Part shown: positions 20,979 through 29,989 of the stretch, one piece after another
Numbering within the stretch: the stretch's first letter is position 1
Layout of the letters: each line of letters begins with the position of its first letter
From: Kamptonema formosum PCC 6407
GTDB lineage: Bacteria > Cyanobacteriota > Cyanobacteriia > Cyanobacteriales > Microcoleaceae
Direction: 5' to 3'
DNA: 64,000 nt
Assembly (NCBI RefSeq): GCF_000332155.1
Contig: NZ_KB235903.1
Location: 715,156 to 779,155 of the forward strand
The notes under the pieces: generated by a model
What the model was told of the DNA's origin: nothing
The model's database searches: none
Seen by the model: the letters and a program-made list of their open reading frames with translations, nothing else
Translations under genes and position numbers: made by a program

Positions 20979-23384
20979 ATGACACCTGTAGAAGTTGAAA
21001 AAACACCAATGACTGAGCAAGAAGTAGAAAAGCTGTGGGAAGCATTTAAAATGTTTGATGCGGACGGTAGCGGTGCTATTTCAGCAGAAGAACTGGGTCA
21101 AGTGATGCGATCCTTGGGACAGAGCCCCAGCGAGACAGAACTGCGGGACATGATTAAAGAAGTAGATGTTGACCTGTCGGGAAGTATCGATTTTGAAGAA
21201 TTTAAAGCGTTAATTGTCTCCCAACAAGGCGATCGCACCAGCCGCCTAAAACTAGCATTCAGCGTCTTTGATGAGGACGGCAGCGGTCAAATCACCGTCA
21301 ACGAGCTGCGTAGTGTGATGAGTCAGTTTGGGCTGACAGATAAAGAACTTAATGAGATAGTACAAGAAGTCGATCATGATGGCGATGCCTCCATTGACTT
21401 TGAAGAGTTCTGTAAACTGGTGCCCGAAGAGTCCGAGATCGCTACAGGTTATCAAGACTCACCCATTCCCCCCACCACTTCACCTCAGCCAACTGCAACT
21501 GATGGGAGTACAACAGCCACCGAAAGCACACCCACGATCGCCAACGAGGTAGAACCCAGCACCACACCCACACCACAGGAAACACTCAGCGAAATAGATG
21601 CAGAGGTAGCAAGACTCACAGAACTACTCGCCAAACACCCACAGAACGAGACAAAGCGCGGTACATCGCGCTTACAGATGCAAATTGGTCTATTTCGCCT
21701 AATCCAGGGAGCCGCCTATCGCTGCTTCCGCGAGAGTTTCTCCGCCAACCACGAAACTCACCTGCGCGTCAGAAATCTACCCTACAGAATCACTGATTTC
21801 GTGCGGTTTGTGAAGACTGCGATCGCGCTTTACAAAGGATTAGGGATCGTCGAACCAGCTTGCAACCCCTTACTGGATGCAGTGGTAGAATCAATTACTA
21901 ATGAGTATGCTCGACTAGAAGACCGGATTAAGAATTGGAAAGCGATCGAAAAAACCCCAGAAATGTTGGCAGAACAAAAAGCCATGTTAGAGGCGCGGGG
22001 TAAATCTGCCACTGTCAAAGAAAAGTTTGCCGCCGGAGTTGAGTTTGCCATCACCATCAAGAAAAAACGTCTCAACTTGCGCGATGTTGCTGAAGGTGTA
22101 CTTGCCATCAATGAGCTCAACCGACTCAGGAAGATGGAACTCAATCAAGAGATTGCTCCAGAAGTAGAGCAATCAGCCGGAGATCCCAAAGATTACCTCA
22201 AAAAGTGGAACCGAGTCCTCCTCTCTGATGCCTCCGAACAAGTCGATGGTGCAATGATGCCAGTAGCTTATTGGTATGAGGAATTTATGCCAAAACTGTT
22301 GGCTGCTTTCAGCGTTAATACCGTCGCCGATATCCAAAGTAATACCGTTCCTGACGAAGCAGCTTTGGACAAGTGGTATCAATCTACTAAGGAGTCAGGA
22401 GAATTTAACGTTTATGGTGCCGATGTTGCAGACGGCTTTTCCAAATGCACTCCCCAACAAAAACTAATGCTTAAACAAGCTTGGCGACTCACTCACAACT
22501 ACTTAAATGGGGTGCAAAAACGGCGGGAACGTCAGGAATTTGGACGCGACTCTGGCGCACTTTCCCATTATGTATCATTCATTGATATATCCCTGGGCCG
22601 CAGCGATATTAAGGATGCTCAGATGCGCGTCAGTTTTCCATACTATATCGGGCCAGCGGTTTGGCGTTTCTTCCACACCAGTGCGGAAATTGTATCTACT
22701 AAAACGCCTGAGAAACAAAAAGCCTTGATAGCCGTTTTCAAGGAGTTTTTTCAACTGTTTGCCACGATGTATCCCTGTCCCTACTGTCGCCATCATCTCA
22801 ATGCCTATGTTGTGCAGAATAAGGAAGTGGAAATGTACCCTGTGGAGTACCTCGTACTCGGCCGCGACGTGAATCTTACTGACTTTAAGGTATCCCTAGA
22901 AGCAAAGCTTTCTACTGTGGTTGATGGCCCTTCTCTGCGCTTATTTTTCTGGAAGTTACACAACACTGTGTCTTCATCTATTGCTCGTTCGGAAGAGTGG
23001 TATCACAAGGATGAAAAAGCTTTTTACACTACTCGCTATTGGCCGAGTCTTGACTCGGAGTTAGCGCGTGCCAAAGCACTCAAACATATCAGCATTTCAA
23101 CCGATCGCATCTATGGTCTTTATGGGATGCTGAAGCCTGCATCGCGGCTTTCGGCTGTGAGAACTACATTGCAAAAGCTTTTGGAAAAAGGCGATATCGA
23201 AGGGATTAAGGCGGCCTGTACGATCGCAGAAGATTATATTAAGGATTTGGAGGAGGCTGCGATCGGCGGAAATTTCCTACAAGATACATATTACTTCGAT
23301 CCTGACCTGGTTGATAAAGCTCCACACTTTACTCCTGATGAAGAACAATTTGCCCGCAGTGGTGTGTTTGTGGAGGTTGTTTAA
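20979..23384 (+). CDS. Fusion protein: four EF-hand Ca-binding motifs, a Pro/Thr linker and a C-terminal Erv1/ALR-type sulfhydryl oxidase-like domain with CPYC motif
   Basis: EF loops DADGSGAISAEE, DVDLSGSIDFEE, DEDGSGQITVNE, DHDGDASIDFEE. C-terminal W..FHT....P......I..F..F...YPCPYC.HH ... FFWKLHNTV matches the Erv1/ALR consensus (W..LH..a..yP....F..l...YPC..C... W..LHN.VN). The track's TTG start is at 20964; first ATG is at 20979. Confidence 0.6.
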   Translation: MTPVEVEKTPMTEQEVEKLWEAFKMFDADGSGAISAEELGQVMRSLGQSPSETELRDMIKEVDVDLSGSIDFEEFKALIVSQQGDRTSRLKLAFSVFDEDGSGQITVNELRSVMSQFGLTDKELNEIVQEVDHDGDASIDFEEFCKLVPEESEIATGYQDSPIPPTTSPQPTATDGSTTATESTPTIANEVEPSTTPTPQETLSEIDAEVARLTELLAKHPQNETKRGTSRLQMQIGLFRLIQGAAYRCFRESFSANHETHLRVRNLPYRITDFVRFVKTAIALYKGLGIVEPACNPLLDAVVESITNEYARLEDRIKNWKAIEKTPEMLAEQKAMLEARGKSATVKEKFAAGVEFAITIKKKRLNLRDVAEGVLAINELNRLRKMELNQEIAPEVEQSAGDPKDYLKKWNRVLLSDASEQVDGAMMPVAYWYEEFMPKLLAAFSVNTVADIQSNTVPDEAALDKWYQSTKESGEFNVYGADVADGFSKCTPQQKLMLKQAWRLTHNYLNGVQKRRERQEFGRDSGALSHYVSFIDISLGRSDIKDAQMRVSFPYYIGPAVWRFFHTSAEIVSTKTPEKQKALIAVFKEFFQLFATMYPCPYCRHHLNAYVVQNKEVEMYPVEYLVLGRDVNLTDFKVSLEAKLSTVVDGPSLRLFFWKLHNTVSSSIARSEEWYHKDEKAFYTTRYWPSLDSELARAKALKHISISTDRIYGLYGMLKPASRLSAVRTTLQKLLEKGDIEGIKAACTIAEDYIKDLEEAAIGGNFLQDTYYFDPDLVDKAPHFTPDEEQFARSGVFVEVV

Positions 23385-23425
23385 CCCTCAGTAAATTCAA
23401 TCCTCAATAATTTACTCAAAGGTAT

Positions 23426-23457
23426 GTAGTTGCGCTTTAGCGCAGACAGCGCAACTA
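23426..23457 (+). terminator. 10-bp stem hairpin (tagttgcgct / agcgcaacta) 40 bp after the EF-hand/Erv gene
   Basis: Read directly. Confidence 0.45.
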
Positions 23458-23712
23458 TAGCTAGGGGCTAGGGGCTAGGGAAGAAGCGAAAGAAGGGAAA
23501 GAGAATAAAAGTAACAACTTCGTCGTCAACACTCAGCCGAACGGTTCGAGGATTTAGAATGCCCTAATGGTCTTGACGGTTGCTATAGCAACCTTCTTAG
23601 TAGTTAAGACCTTCTGAGTTCCACCAAACTAGCTGATTCTCTTCCCTTCTTCCCTAGCCTCTTCTTCCTTCTTCCCTAGCCCCTAGCCCCTAGCCTCTAG
23701 CCCCTCTTCCCC
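23458..23712. mobile_element. MITE-like element with ~30-bp terminal inverted repeats built from GGGGCTA heptamers; internal palindrome ggttgctatagcaacc
   Basis: Left end agctaggggctaggggctagggaagaag; right end cttcttccctagcccctagcccctagcc is its reverse complement. No ORF inside. Confidence 0.45.
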
Positions 23713-23793
23713 TGTCATAGTTCCCTGACATTTGACTTGCAACTCGAAGTCGTTATGAGTATGATTTAAAAAGAAGCAAAAAATAGAGCCGCA

Positions 23794-24054
23794 ATGAGGA
23801 TAGAAGAAATACCTATCAAACAGATTCGCCGCCCCCTGCCGCGAGTCAACGACCAAACCAAAGTAGCCGCGCTCATGGAATCCATCCGCGAGGTAGGATT
23901 AAAAGAGCCAATCGACGTGCTAGAAGTAGATGGCAAGTATTATGGCTTCTCAGGTTGCCACAGATATGAAGCTTGCGATCGCCTCGGCCTCGAAACCATC
24001 CGCTGCAAAGTCCGCCGAGCCCCCCGTTCCGTTTTGCAGATGCACCTAGCCTAA
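23794..24054 (+). CDS. srxA: Sulfiredoxin (ParB/Srx-fold)
   Basis: 86 aa with Srx active-site FSGCHRY and the PIDVLEVDGKYYGF pattern. Confidence 0.75.
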   Translation: MRIEEIPIKQIRRPLPRVNDQTKVAALMESIREVGLKEPIDVLEVDGKYYGFSGCHRYEACDRLGLETIRCKVRRAPRSVLQMHLA

Positions 24055-24150
24055 GAGGTTAGCTGAAGCCAGCTCATCCTTTTAGCAGATGCTTCTGTCA
24101 CCAGTTTTTTCTAAAATTTCTCTAATTACAATTAACTTGAGGCAAACATA

Positions 24151-24714
24151 ATGAGTAAGAACAACCACAAACAAGCTCTTTACCCAACTCGTATCGATCT
24201 GTCCGCAGAAACGCGCACTAAACTTGTTGGGATTCTTAACGACACTTTGGCAAACACCCTCGACTTAAAAACTCAAGTCAAGCAAGCCCACTGGAACGTC
24301 AAAGGCTTAGATTTTTACCAGTTACACTTGCTCTTTGACGAAATGGCAGGAGAATTAGAAGAGTACGTCGATATGTTTGCCGAAAGGATCACAGCTTTGG
24401 GCGGGTTGGCTTTGGGAACAGCCCGCATCGCCGCCGCAGAATCGAGCTTGCCAGAGTACCCCTTCGATATCCTTGATGGTAAATCCCATATTACCGCCTT
24501 AGCCGATCGCTATGCTCCCTATGGTAAGTTGTTGCGGGATGCGATCGATAAGACAGGAGAATGGGGCGATGCTGACACTGCTGACTTATACACCGAAGTC
24601 TCGCGGGCGATCGATAAGCGGCTGTGGTTCTTGGAAGCCCACCTGCAACCCTCAGAGATTGCTTCAGAAGATGAGGAAGTGGCTGGGAAAAAAGAAAAAG
24701 TCAAGCACAAGTAG
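24151..24714 (+). CDS. dps: Dps-family DNA-binding ferritin-like protein
   Basis: Dps ferroxidase-centre pattern (KQAHWNVKG...HLLFDE...E..D) and a Lys-rich C-terminal tail. Confidence 0.85.
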   Translation: MSKNNHKQALYPTRIDLSAETRTKLVGILNDTLANTLDLKTQVKQAHWNVKGLDFYQLHLLFDEMAGELEEYVDMFAERITALGGLALGTARIAAAESSLPEYPFDILDGKSHITALADRYAPYGKLLRDAIDKTGEWGDADTADLYTEVSRAIDKRLWFLEAHLQPSEIASEDEEVAGKKEKVKHK

Positions 24715-24789
24715 AATTGGTTAACGGTTAACTATTAACAGTTAACTGTTAACCGTTAGTTGTTTGCTTACTGAGTTAGACATTATAGA

Positions 24790-24847
24790 GTGGTGCGGAC
24801 ATCTTGCCCGCGATTCTCTAGGATAGCGGGCAAGATGCCCGCACCAC
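24790..24847. terminator. 22-bp stem palindrome (gtggtgcggacatcttgcccgc / gcgggcaagatgcccgcaccac) 75 bp downstream of dps
   Basis: Read directly. Confidence 0.5.
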
Positions 24848-24881
24848 AAACTACAGCACTTTCAAGGTAAGTGAGGTACAG

Positions 24882-24950
24882 AGAAACCGGGTTTCTTGAA
24901 TAAAACCGATTTCTGGCGATAAATAAGCGAAGAAACCCGGTTTCTGGGGT
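24882..24950. repeat. Second pair of inverted GAAACCGGGTTTCT repeats (same family as 19917-19990)
   Basis: gagaaaccgggtttcttg ... gaagaaacccggtttctgg. Confidence 0.5.
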
Positions 24951-25063
24951 GTACTTCATAAACCTGGAATCCGCTCTATATAATTCTGATGTACTCGGAA
25001 TTGACACTCTCAGGTCTAAAGACACTGAGATTCTTGAAGAGCCCAGATTATGAATAAAATTTT

Positions 25064-25117
25064 AACCAATTACCAATTACCAATTACCAATTTCCAATTT
25101 CCAATTTCCAATTTCCC
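25064..25117. repeat. STRR-like heptamer array (CCAATTA/CCAATTT)
   Basis: ccaattaccaattaccaatttccaatttccaatttccaatttccc. Confidence 0.7.
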
Positions 25118-25139
25118 AAAGACTTAGAAGGGATAATGC

Positions 25140-25796
25140 GTGACAGTTAAAATTTCAGATTACACCCTCGAATTGCAACGCCTGATGCAACAGGCGGGGT
25201 TTTCTAGTTTGAGAGCGTTGAGTCAGGCAAGTGGCGTTTCTGAACTGGATTTGATCCGCTTGCGGCGGGGGTTAGCTTTGCAGACGCGAGCAGATACGCT
25301 AGTAAAAATTAGTCAAGCTTTGGAAATTTCTATAACAGAGTTATTGGCAACTTTTGCTCCTGGGTCTGTAGAATTGCCCCAGGAGTCAGGATCGGCAGCA
25401 ATAGCACAGGAATACGATCGCCTGCAAACTCAGATGCAGCAGCAGCGAGAAACTTTAATACAGGAATTTCAGCAACAAACATTGCAAATCTTGGAATCTT
25501 GGATGCTGCAATGGCCAACTGCGGCAAGTAAAGCTCAGGAAAATCCCGACTTATCAGCAGTGAAATTGCTGCCATTACTACGGCCAATCGAACAGCTATT
25601 GCAGGAATGGGGAGTAGAGGCGATCGCCACAGTCGGAACATCCATTCCCTATGACCCCCAATTTCACCAGCTAATGGAAGGAACCGCTCAGCCAGGGGAA
25701 ACAGTCAAAGTGCGCTACACTGGCTATCGGCAAGGAGACAAACTTCTCCACCGCGCCAAAGTCAGCCCCATTACTTCCAAAGTTCTCGAAACTTGA
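25140..25796 (+). CDS. HTH-domain protein with GrpE-like C-terminal domain
   Basis: N-terminal LRALSQASGVSELDLIRLRRG (HTH). The C-terminal PYDPQFHQLMEGTAQPGETVKVRYTGYRQGDKLLHRAKVSP resembles the GrpE C-terminal beta-domain. GTG start. Confidence 0.45.
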   Translation: MTVKISDYTLELQRLMQQAGFSSLRALSQASGVSELDLIRLRRGLALQTRADTLVKISQALEISITELLATFAPGSVELPQESGSAAIAQEYDRLQTQMQQQRETLIQEFQQQTLQILESWMLQWPTAASKAQENPDLSAVKLLPLLRPIEQLLQEWGVEAIATVGTSIPYDPQFHQLMEGTAQPGETVKVRYTGYRQGDKLLHRAKVSPITSKVLET

Positions 25797-25950
25797 TAGA
25801 ATTATGGCTGTCTGACCAACCTTTAATCATCAAGCTTTTTGTGGATCGTCCTAAAAAAGGTTGTTATTAAGAATCCTCGCGTCTTTAGACTGGGGAGTGT
25901 CAAACTAAAGTAATCTGGCTACTGATAATCGGATATAGCACGTGGAAAAT

Positions 25951-26277
25951 ATGAGTCCTGTAGTTAAAATTATTCAACCCTCCGGCATTTTAGACGGTAC
26001 AAAGGCAAGTCAATTCCGCCAAGAGATTAGCGATCTAGTGGAATCTGGGGCAGATGTGGTATTAATAGACTTCCAAGATGTGACATTTATGGATAGTTCT
26101 GGCTTAGGCGCTTTAGTCCTGGCGCTGAAAACTGTACGCGCCGCCGGCAGCCAACTGGTAGTCTGTTCTATCAACGAGCAAATCAGAATCTTGTTTGAAC
26201 TCACTAGCATGGATCGAGTTTTCGAGATATTTCCCAGCCGCGACGCTTTTAATACCAAGATTCTCTCCAGCAGCTAA
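25951..26277 (+). CDS. STAS-domain anti-sigma-factor antagonist (SpoIIAA/RsbV-like)
   Basis: DFQDVTFMDSSGLGALV with the phosphorylatable Ser in DSSG context. Confidence 0.8.
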   Translation: MSPVVKIIQPSGILDGTKASQFRQEISDLVESGADVVLIDFQDVTFMDSSGLGALVLALKTVRAAGSQLVVCSINEQIRILFELTSMDRVFEIFPSRDAFNTKILSSS

Positions 26278-26333
26278 ACTTTTTAGGCGATCGCCGCTTG
26301 CAAATTTCTCCAAAATGTGCTAGAGGAGATAAG

Positions 26334-27467
26334 TTAGCCAAAGTTGACTTTGAGTAAAGACCAATCATCATCAAAAGCAGCTTTGGCGTTTAAATTTTGA
26401 ACGTAGTTAAAAACTCGGTCAAGATCGTCAGCATTTCTGTTGTGAGGAGTAGTAATTAGGTCAATAAAAGCATCAAGCCCCCAGATATTGCCATCAGGTT
26501 GATGAATCTCGTAAACCCCATCACTGAAGATATACAGCGTACTCAACTCATCTACATAGCAGGAATTATCGAGATATTCAGCATCTGGGAACATCCCAAC
26601 TGGCATTCCGGGAGTTTTTAGGCGTTTGGCTTTGGGGATACCTCCATCTGTGGATACCAAGACGGCGGGGGGATGGCCGGCACTGGCATATACTAGCTGG
26701 CGCTGAGGTCGGTTGTAAACACCGTACCACATTGTAAAATACTTGTCATTTTGATAACTCATCTGAAAAGTAGTATTGAGCGATCGCAGCACCTCGCTAG
26801 GTTGGTAGTAGTTAATATTGGGAATAGCTCGCGATCGCAGCAAATTTAGAACTGCCACAGAGGGAAGCGCCGCCCTCAAACCATGTCCAGCCACATCCAG
26901 CAAGTAAATCGCCAAATAATCAGAGTCCAGCCAAGTATAGTCAAAGCAATCTCCACCCAACTGCCTCGAAGGGATAAACTTCGCCTCCACGCTCACAGGT
27001 TCCGTCAAAGGATCTGGGAGTAGCGATCGCACATACTCAGCCGCCTCAGCTAACTCAGCCTCCAGTAACCCCTTAGCAATTTGTAAATCTCGGCTGAGCT
27101 GGTGTAGGCGCAGCCCCGCCCGCACTCTGGCTTGCAACTCATTGAGTTCAATCGGCTTAGAGATAAAATCATCCGCGCCAGCATCAAGACCCTTAACGCG
27201 ATCGGCTACCGATCCCAGCGAAGTCAACAAAAAGAATTGAGTAGTTGACAAATCTGGATTTGCCTTAACTCGGCGGCACACCTCTATTCCCGTCAGACGC
27301 GGCATAATCCAGTCGCAAATGATCAGAGCTGGGCGCAACTGTTGAGCCTGTGTAATACCGTCTTCGCCATTGCTCGCTACCGTAACCTCATAACCCTGTT
27401 TTTTCAGGGTTCTTCTCAGCAGCTCTTGAACGGCAGTATCGTCGTCAATAACCAGAATTTGAAACAT
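26334..27467 (-). CDS. Response-regulator receiver fused to PP2C/SpoIIE-type phosphatase (RsbU-like)
   Basis: N-terminal receiver (ILVIDDD...ICDWIMP). C-terminal GGDCFDYTWLDSDYLAIYLLDVAGHG PP2C motif. Confidence 0.8.
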   Translation of the reverse strand: MFQILVIDDDTAVQELLRRTLKKQGYEVTVASNGEDGITQAQQLRPALIICDWIMPRLTGIEVCRRVKANPDLSTTQFFLLTSLGSVADRVKGLDAGADDFISKPIELNELQARVRAGLRLHQLSRDLQIAKGLLEAELAEAAEYVRSLLPDPLTEPVSVEAKFIPSRQLGGDCFDYTWLDSDYLAIYLLDVAGHGLRAALPSVAVLNLLRSRAIPNINYYQPSEVLRSLNTTFQMSYQNDKYFTMWYGVYNRPQRQLVYASAGHPPAVLVSTDGGIPKAKRLKTPGMPVGMFPDAEYLDNSCYVDELSTLYIFSDGVYEIHQPDGNIWGLDAFIDLITTPHNRNADDLDRVFNYVQNLNAKAAFDDDWSLLKVNFG

Positions 27468-27657
27468 GGGGGCTCAGGTAGTACAAGTTTTTCAAGGTCT
27501 GGGGGTAGTCAATCAATAATCTTCACTCAGCACGCTTGCCACAATTGAGTATAGTCTAATAAGATAGCAGTCGAGCTAAATGCTAGGCGAGTCAACAGTC
27601 GCGCTCAATTTAGACTTAGACTTGATTTAAAATACGGCATAACTTTAGTGGCTTAGC

Positions 27658-28122
27658 GTGGTTGAATTAAAAAGTTCTGACAAGTCGCCAGTACCGGGGA
27701 AAGCCCACATTCAAGTCAATCCAGATCTGAAGGAATTAGACCCTGTTTTGTCTTGGTTTGCCCAATTGCATCAGCCGCCAATTCCCACCAGTATTTGGCT
27801 CAGGTGTCAATTAGCCCTAGCTGAGGGTTTTACCAATGCGGTTCGCTATGCCCACAAAGGCAAACCGGACATTCCTATTGACATTGAGGTAGCCCTGTTT
27901 CCCGAACGCTTAGAGATTAGAATCTGGGATTACGGCCCATCCTTTGATTTAGAACAGAAAATCAAGGAACTATCCGACGATCGAGTGGATACGTTTTCTG
28001 GTGGCGGCCGAGGCGTAAAATTGATGAAGGACATAGCCGATCGTCTGAGTTATACCGCTACTGCCGATAACCGGAACTGTCTATTAATCGTCAAAGGTTA
28101 TTCCCCCCAAATTGAAGCATGA
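27658..28122 (+). CDS. Anti-sigma factor / serine kinase (RsbW/SpoIIAB-like HATPase_c)
   Basis: ALAEGFTNAVRYAH ... GGGRGVKLMKDIADRLSY GHKL ATPase motifs. GTG start. Confidence 0.65.
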   Translation: MVELKSSDKSPVPGKAHIQVNPDLKELDPVLSWFAQLHQPPIPTSIWLRCQLALAEGFTNAVRYAHKGKPDIPIDIEVALFPERLEIRIWDYGPSFDLEQKIKELSDDRVDTFSGGGRGVKLMKDIADRLSYTATADNRNCLLIVKGYSPQIEA

Positions 28123-28177
28123 ATGGTTGGCAGGTTGGGGGGTTCAGTCAAATAATTGAGAAGGAAACAACCCTGCT

Positions 28178-28939
28178 CTAGGAAAGGGGATTGAGCCAAC
28201 GTAGGATTTCCCGTTTTAACTGATTCAGTTCCCGGTAGACTTGTTGTTTCACCCACTGACCAATAGCATCTAGGGGGGTAAAAACTTGACCAACAGGCCA
28301 GCTTACATCTTGACCCAAGGGCGTTTGGTGGTTGCCGGCCATTGTCTGTAACGCAACCATACCGGGAAAACGGGGTTGGAGTATCTTTGCTAATATTATG
28401 CTCTGGTCGAGATTGTCATCGGCAAATTTCACTAGGAGGTTACGCCGAATTTGATAGTGTTCTTGGACTATACGATTAGTTTCTTGGGGGGAAGGAGTAA
28501 ACTCAACGTTAAAGACGGGGGATATTTGCTCTACGATCGGGATTGCGTCGCGGGCTGCATAGTTGTTAAAAGAAATCAAGATATTACCCGCCCGTTCTAC
28601 GTCAAATAGACTGCCGATGAGTAGGTGTAACTTGCAACCCATGCTGTGTCCGATGCCGTAGATGGGGAAGTATGCCTTGCGTAAGGTTTTAGTAGCGTAC
28701 AAGCGATCGAGGGCGTTTTCAAATTTGTTGAGGACATCGCGGGCGATCGCAACATGATCTAAAGTATTCACAAATGGTGTAGCAACCACAATATATCCTT
28801 GTCCTGCCAATTCCTCTAATAGCCACCGATAGGTCAATTGCGGTGCTGTGGCTACAAAAGCCCCCCCTAGAAAATGTACGATCGCGCTAGGTCGCGGTGG
28901 AATTAATACCCAGTTCCCAGAAATTTCTTGCCAGTCCAT
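28178..28939 (-). CDS. Alpha/beta-hydrolase-fold protein (DUF1350-like)
   Basis: GIGHSMGC nucleophile elbow; ~250 aa. Confidence 0.55.
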   Translation of the reverse strand: MDWQEISGNWVLIPPRPSAIVHFLGGAFVATAPQLTYRWLLEELAGQGYIVVATPFVNTLDHVAIARDVLNKFENALDRLYATKTLRKAYFPIYGIGHSMGCKLHLLIGSLFDVERAGNILISFNNYAARDAIPIVEQISPVFNVEFTPSPQETNRIVQEHYQIRRNLLVKFADDNLDQSIILAKILQPRFPGMVALQTMAGNHQTPLGQDVSWPVGQVFTPLDAIGQWVKQQVYRELNQLKREILRWLNPLS

Positions 28940-29089
28940 AAATTAATATCTTAAAACTATAGCTAAAGGTAGAAGGCAGAAAGCCGTTTTTGAGTGTACC
29001 CAAATCATGGTATTAGTGATACAGCAACCGCTAAGACCCTTATGGGCTCTGAATTACTCAAACCGTTACTTTTATTCTATTTTCCTCCT

Positions 29090-29290
29090 TCTCTTACCCT
29101 TCTTACCGGAGCATCGTAGCCCCTAGCCTAAGCGCCCCTTTTTACCCTAGCGACGATAATAATTACCTATGATGCCCTTAAGTATATGTCAGAACTTCAG
29201 GCTGAAGGTAAAATTAGGCACTTAGCTTTGATAGGACTTAACGGTTTAAGAGGGGCTAGGGGCTAGGGGCTAGGGGCTAGGGAAGACGGA
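29090..29290. mobile_element. Second MITE-like element with imperfect GGGGCTA-based terminal inverted repeats
   Basis: Left cccttcttaccg..tagcccctagcc versus right ggggctaggggctaggggctagggaagacggaagaaggg. No ORF. Confidence 0.35.
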
Positions 29291-29989
29291 AGAAGGGTTT
29301 AGAATCAGGGTTTTAAATTTAGAATGTCTTAACTGCCTTGGCAACTGCTATATCAGAAAAATATTGGGGGCAACCCGAATCAAATACGGGAATGTTGAAC
29401 GCTACCAGCTTAAAAAAATATAAAAAAATGCTGGATGCTTATGGGAATTGGAGTTGATTTCAAAAGTTACTGAGTGTACTTAAAAATATGCCGATAAGCA
29501 CAATGTTAGTATCTCTAATATGTCAGTTCGATACATTCTAGATCGAACAAAGGATGGGCGATAGGGAAGATCGAGGAAATGGAGAAATAGGGAGTATGCG
29601 GGAGATGGGAAAGGTGCTAGGAGTGTAGCCTTCTGGATACAGATCGCATCGCCCCAGATCGCCCCAGCACCTTGTAGCGAGCGTTAATTCAACAAATATC
29701 TAGGAACTGGGGTTACGTAGCTGAAGTTACGGTGTATCAATTTAAAAAAGCCCTTAGTTGAAAATACTGACTAATATAAATTTATGATGAAGTTGCATAA
29801 AACTTACTAGACAAGATGAGGGGAATAAGAGATATTATACTTAAGAAGCGAAAATTTACATAATATAGTCTAAATTAACAGACTGATAACAGACTTAATG
29901 GCTCTTAAGCCAAGTTAAGAGCTTCTTTATAAGAACTATCAGGGGTTTTATAAGCGTAGTAATTCAACACTTAGAAAAGGGAATCAGCC

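Noticed and set aside
24783-25025. 80-aa minus-strand ORF downstream of dps
   Set aside because: Spans the 22-bp palindrome and the GAAACCGGGTTTCT repeats. This is repeat DNA read as protein.
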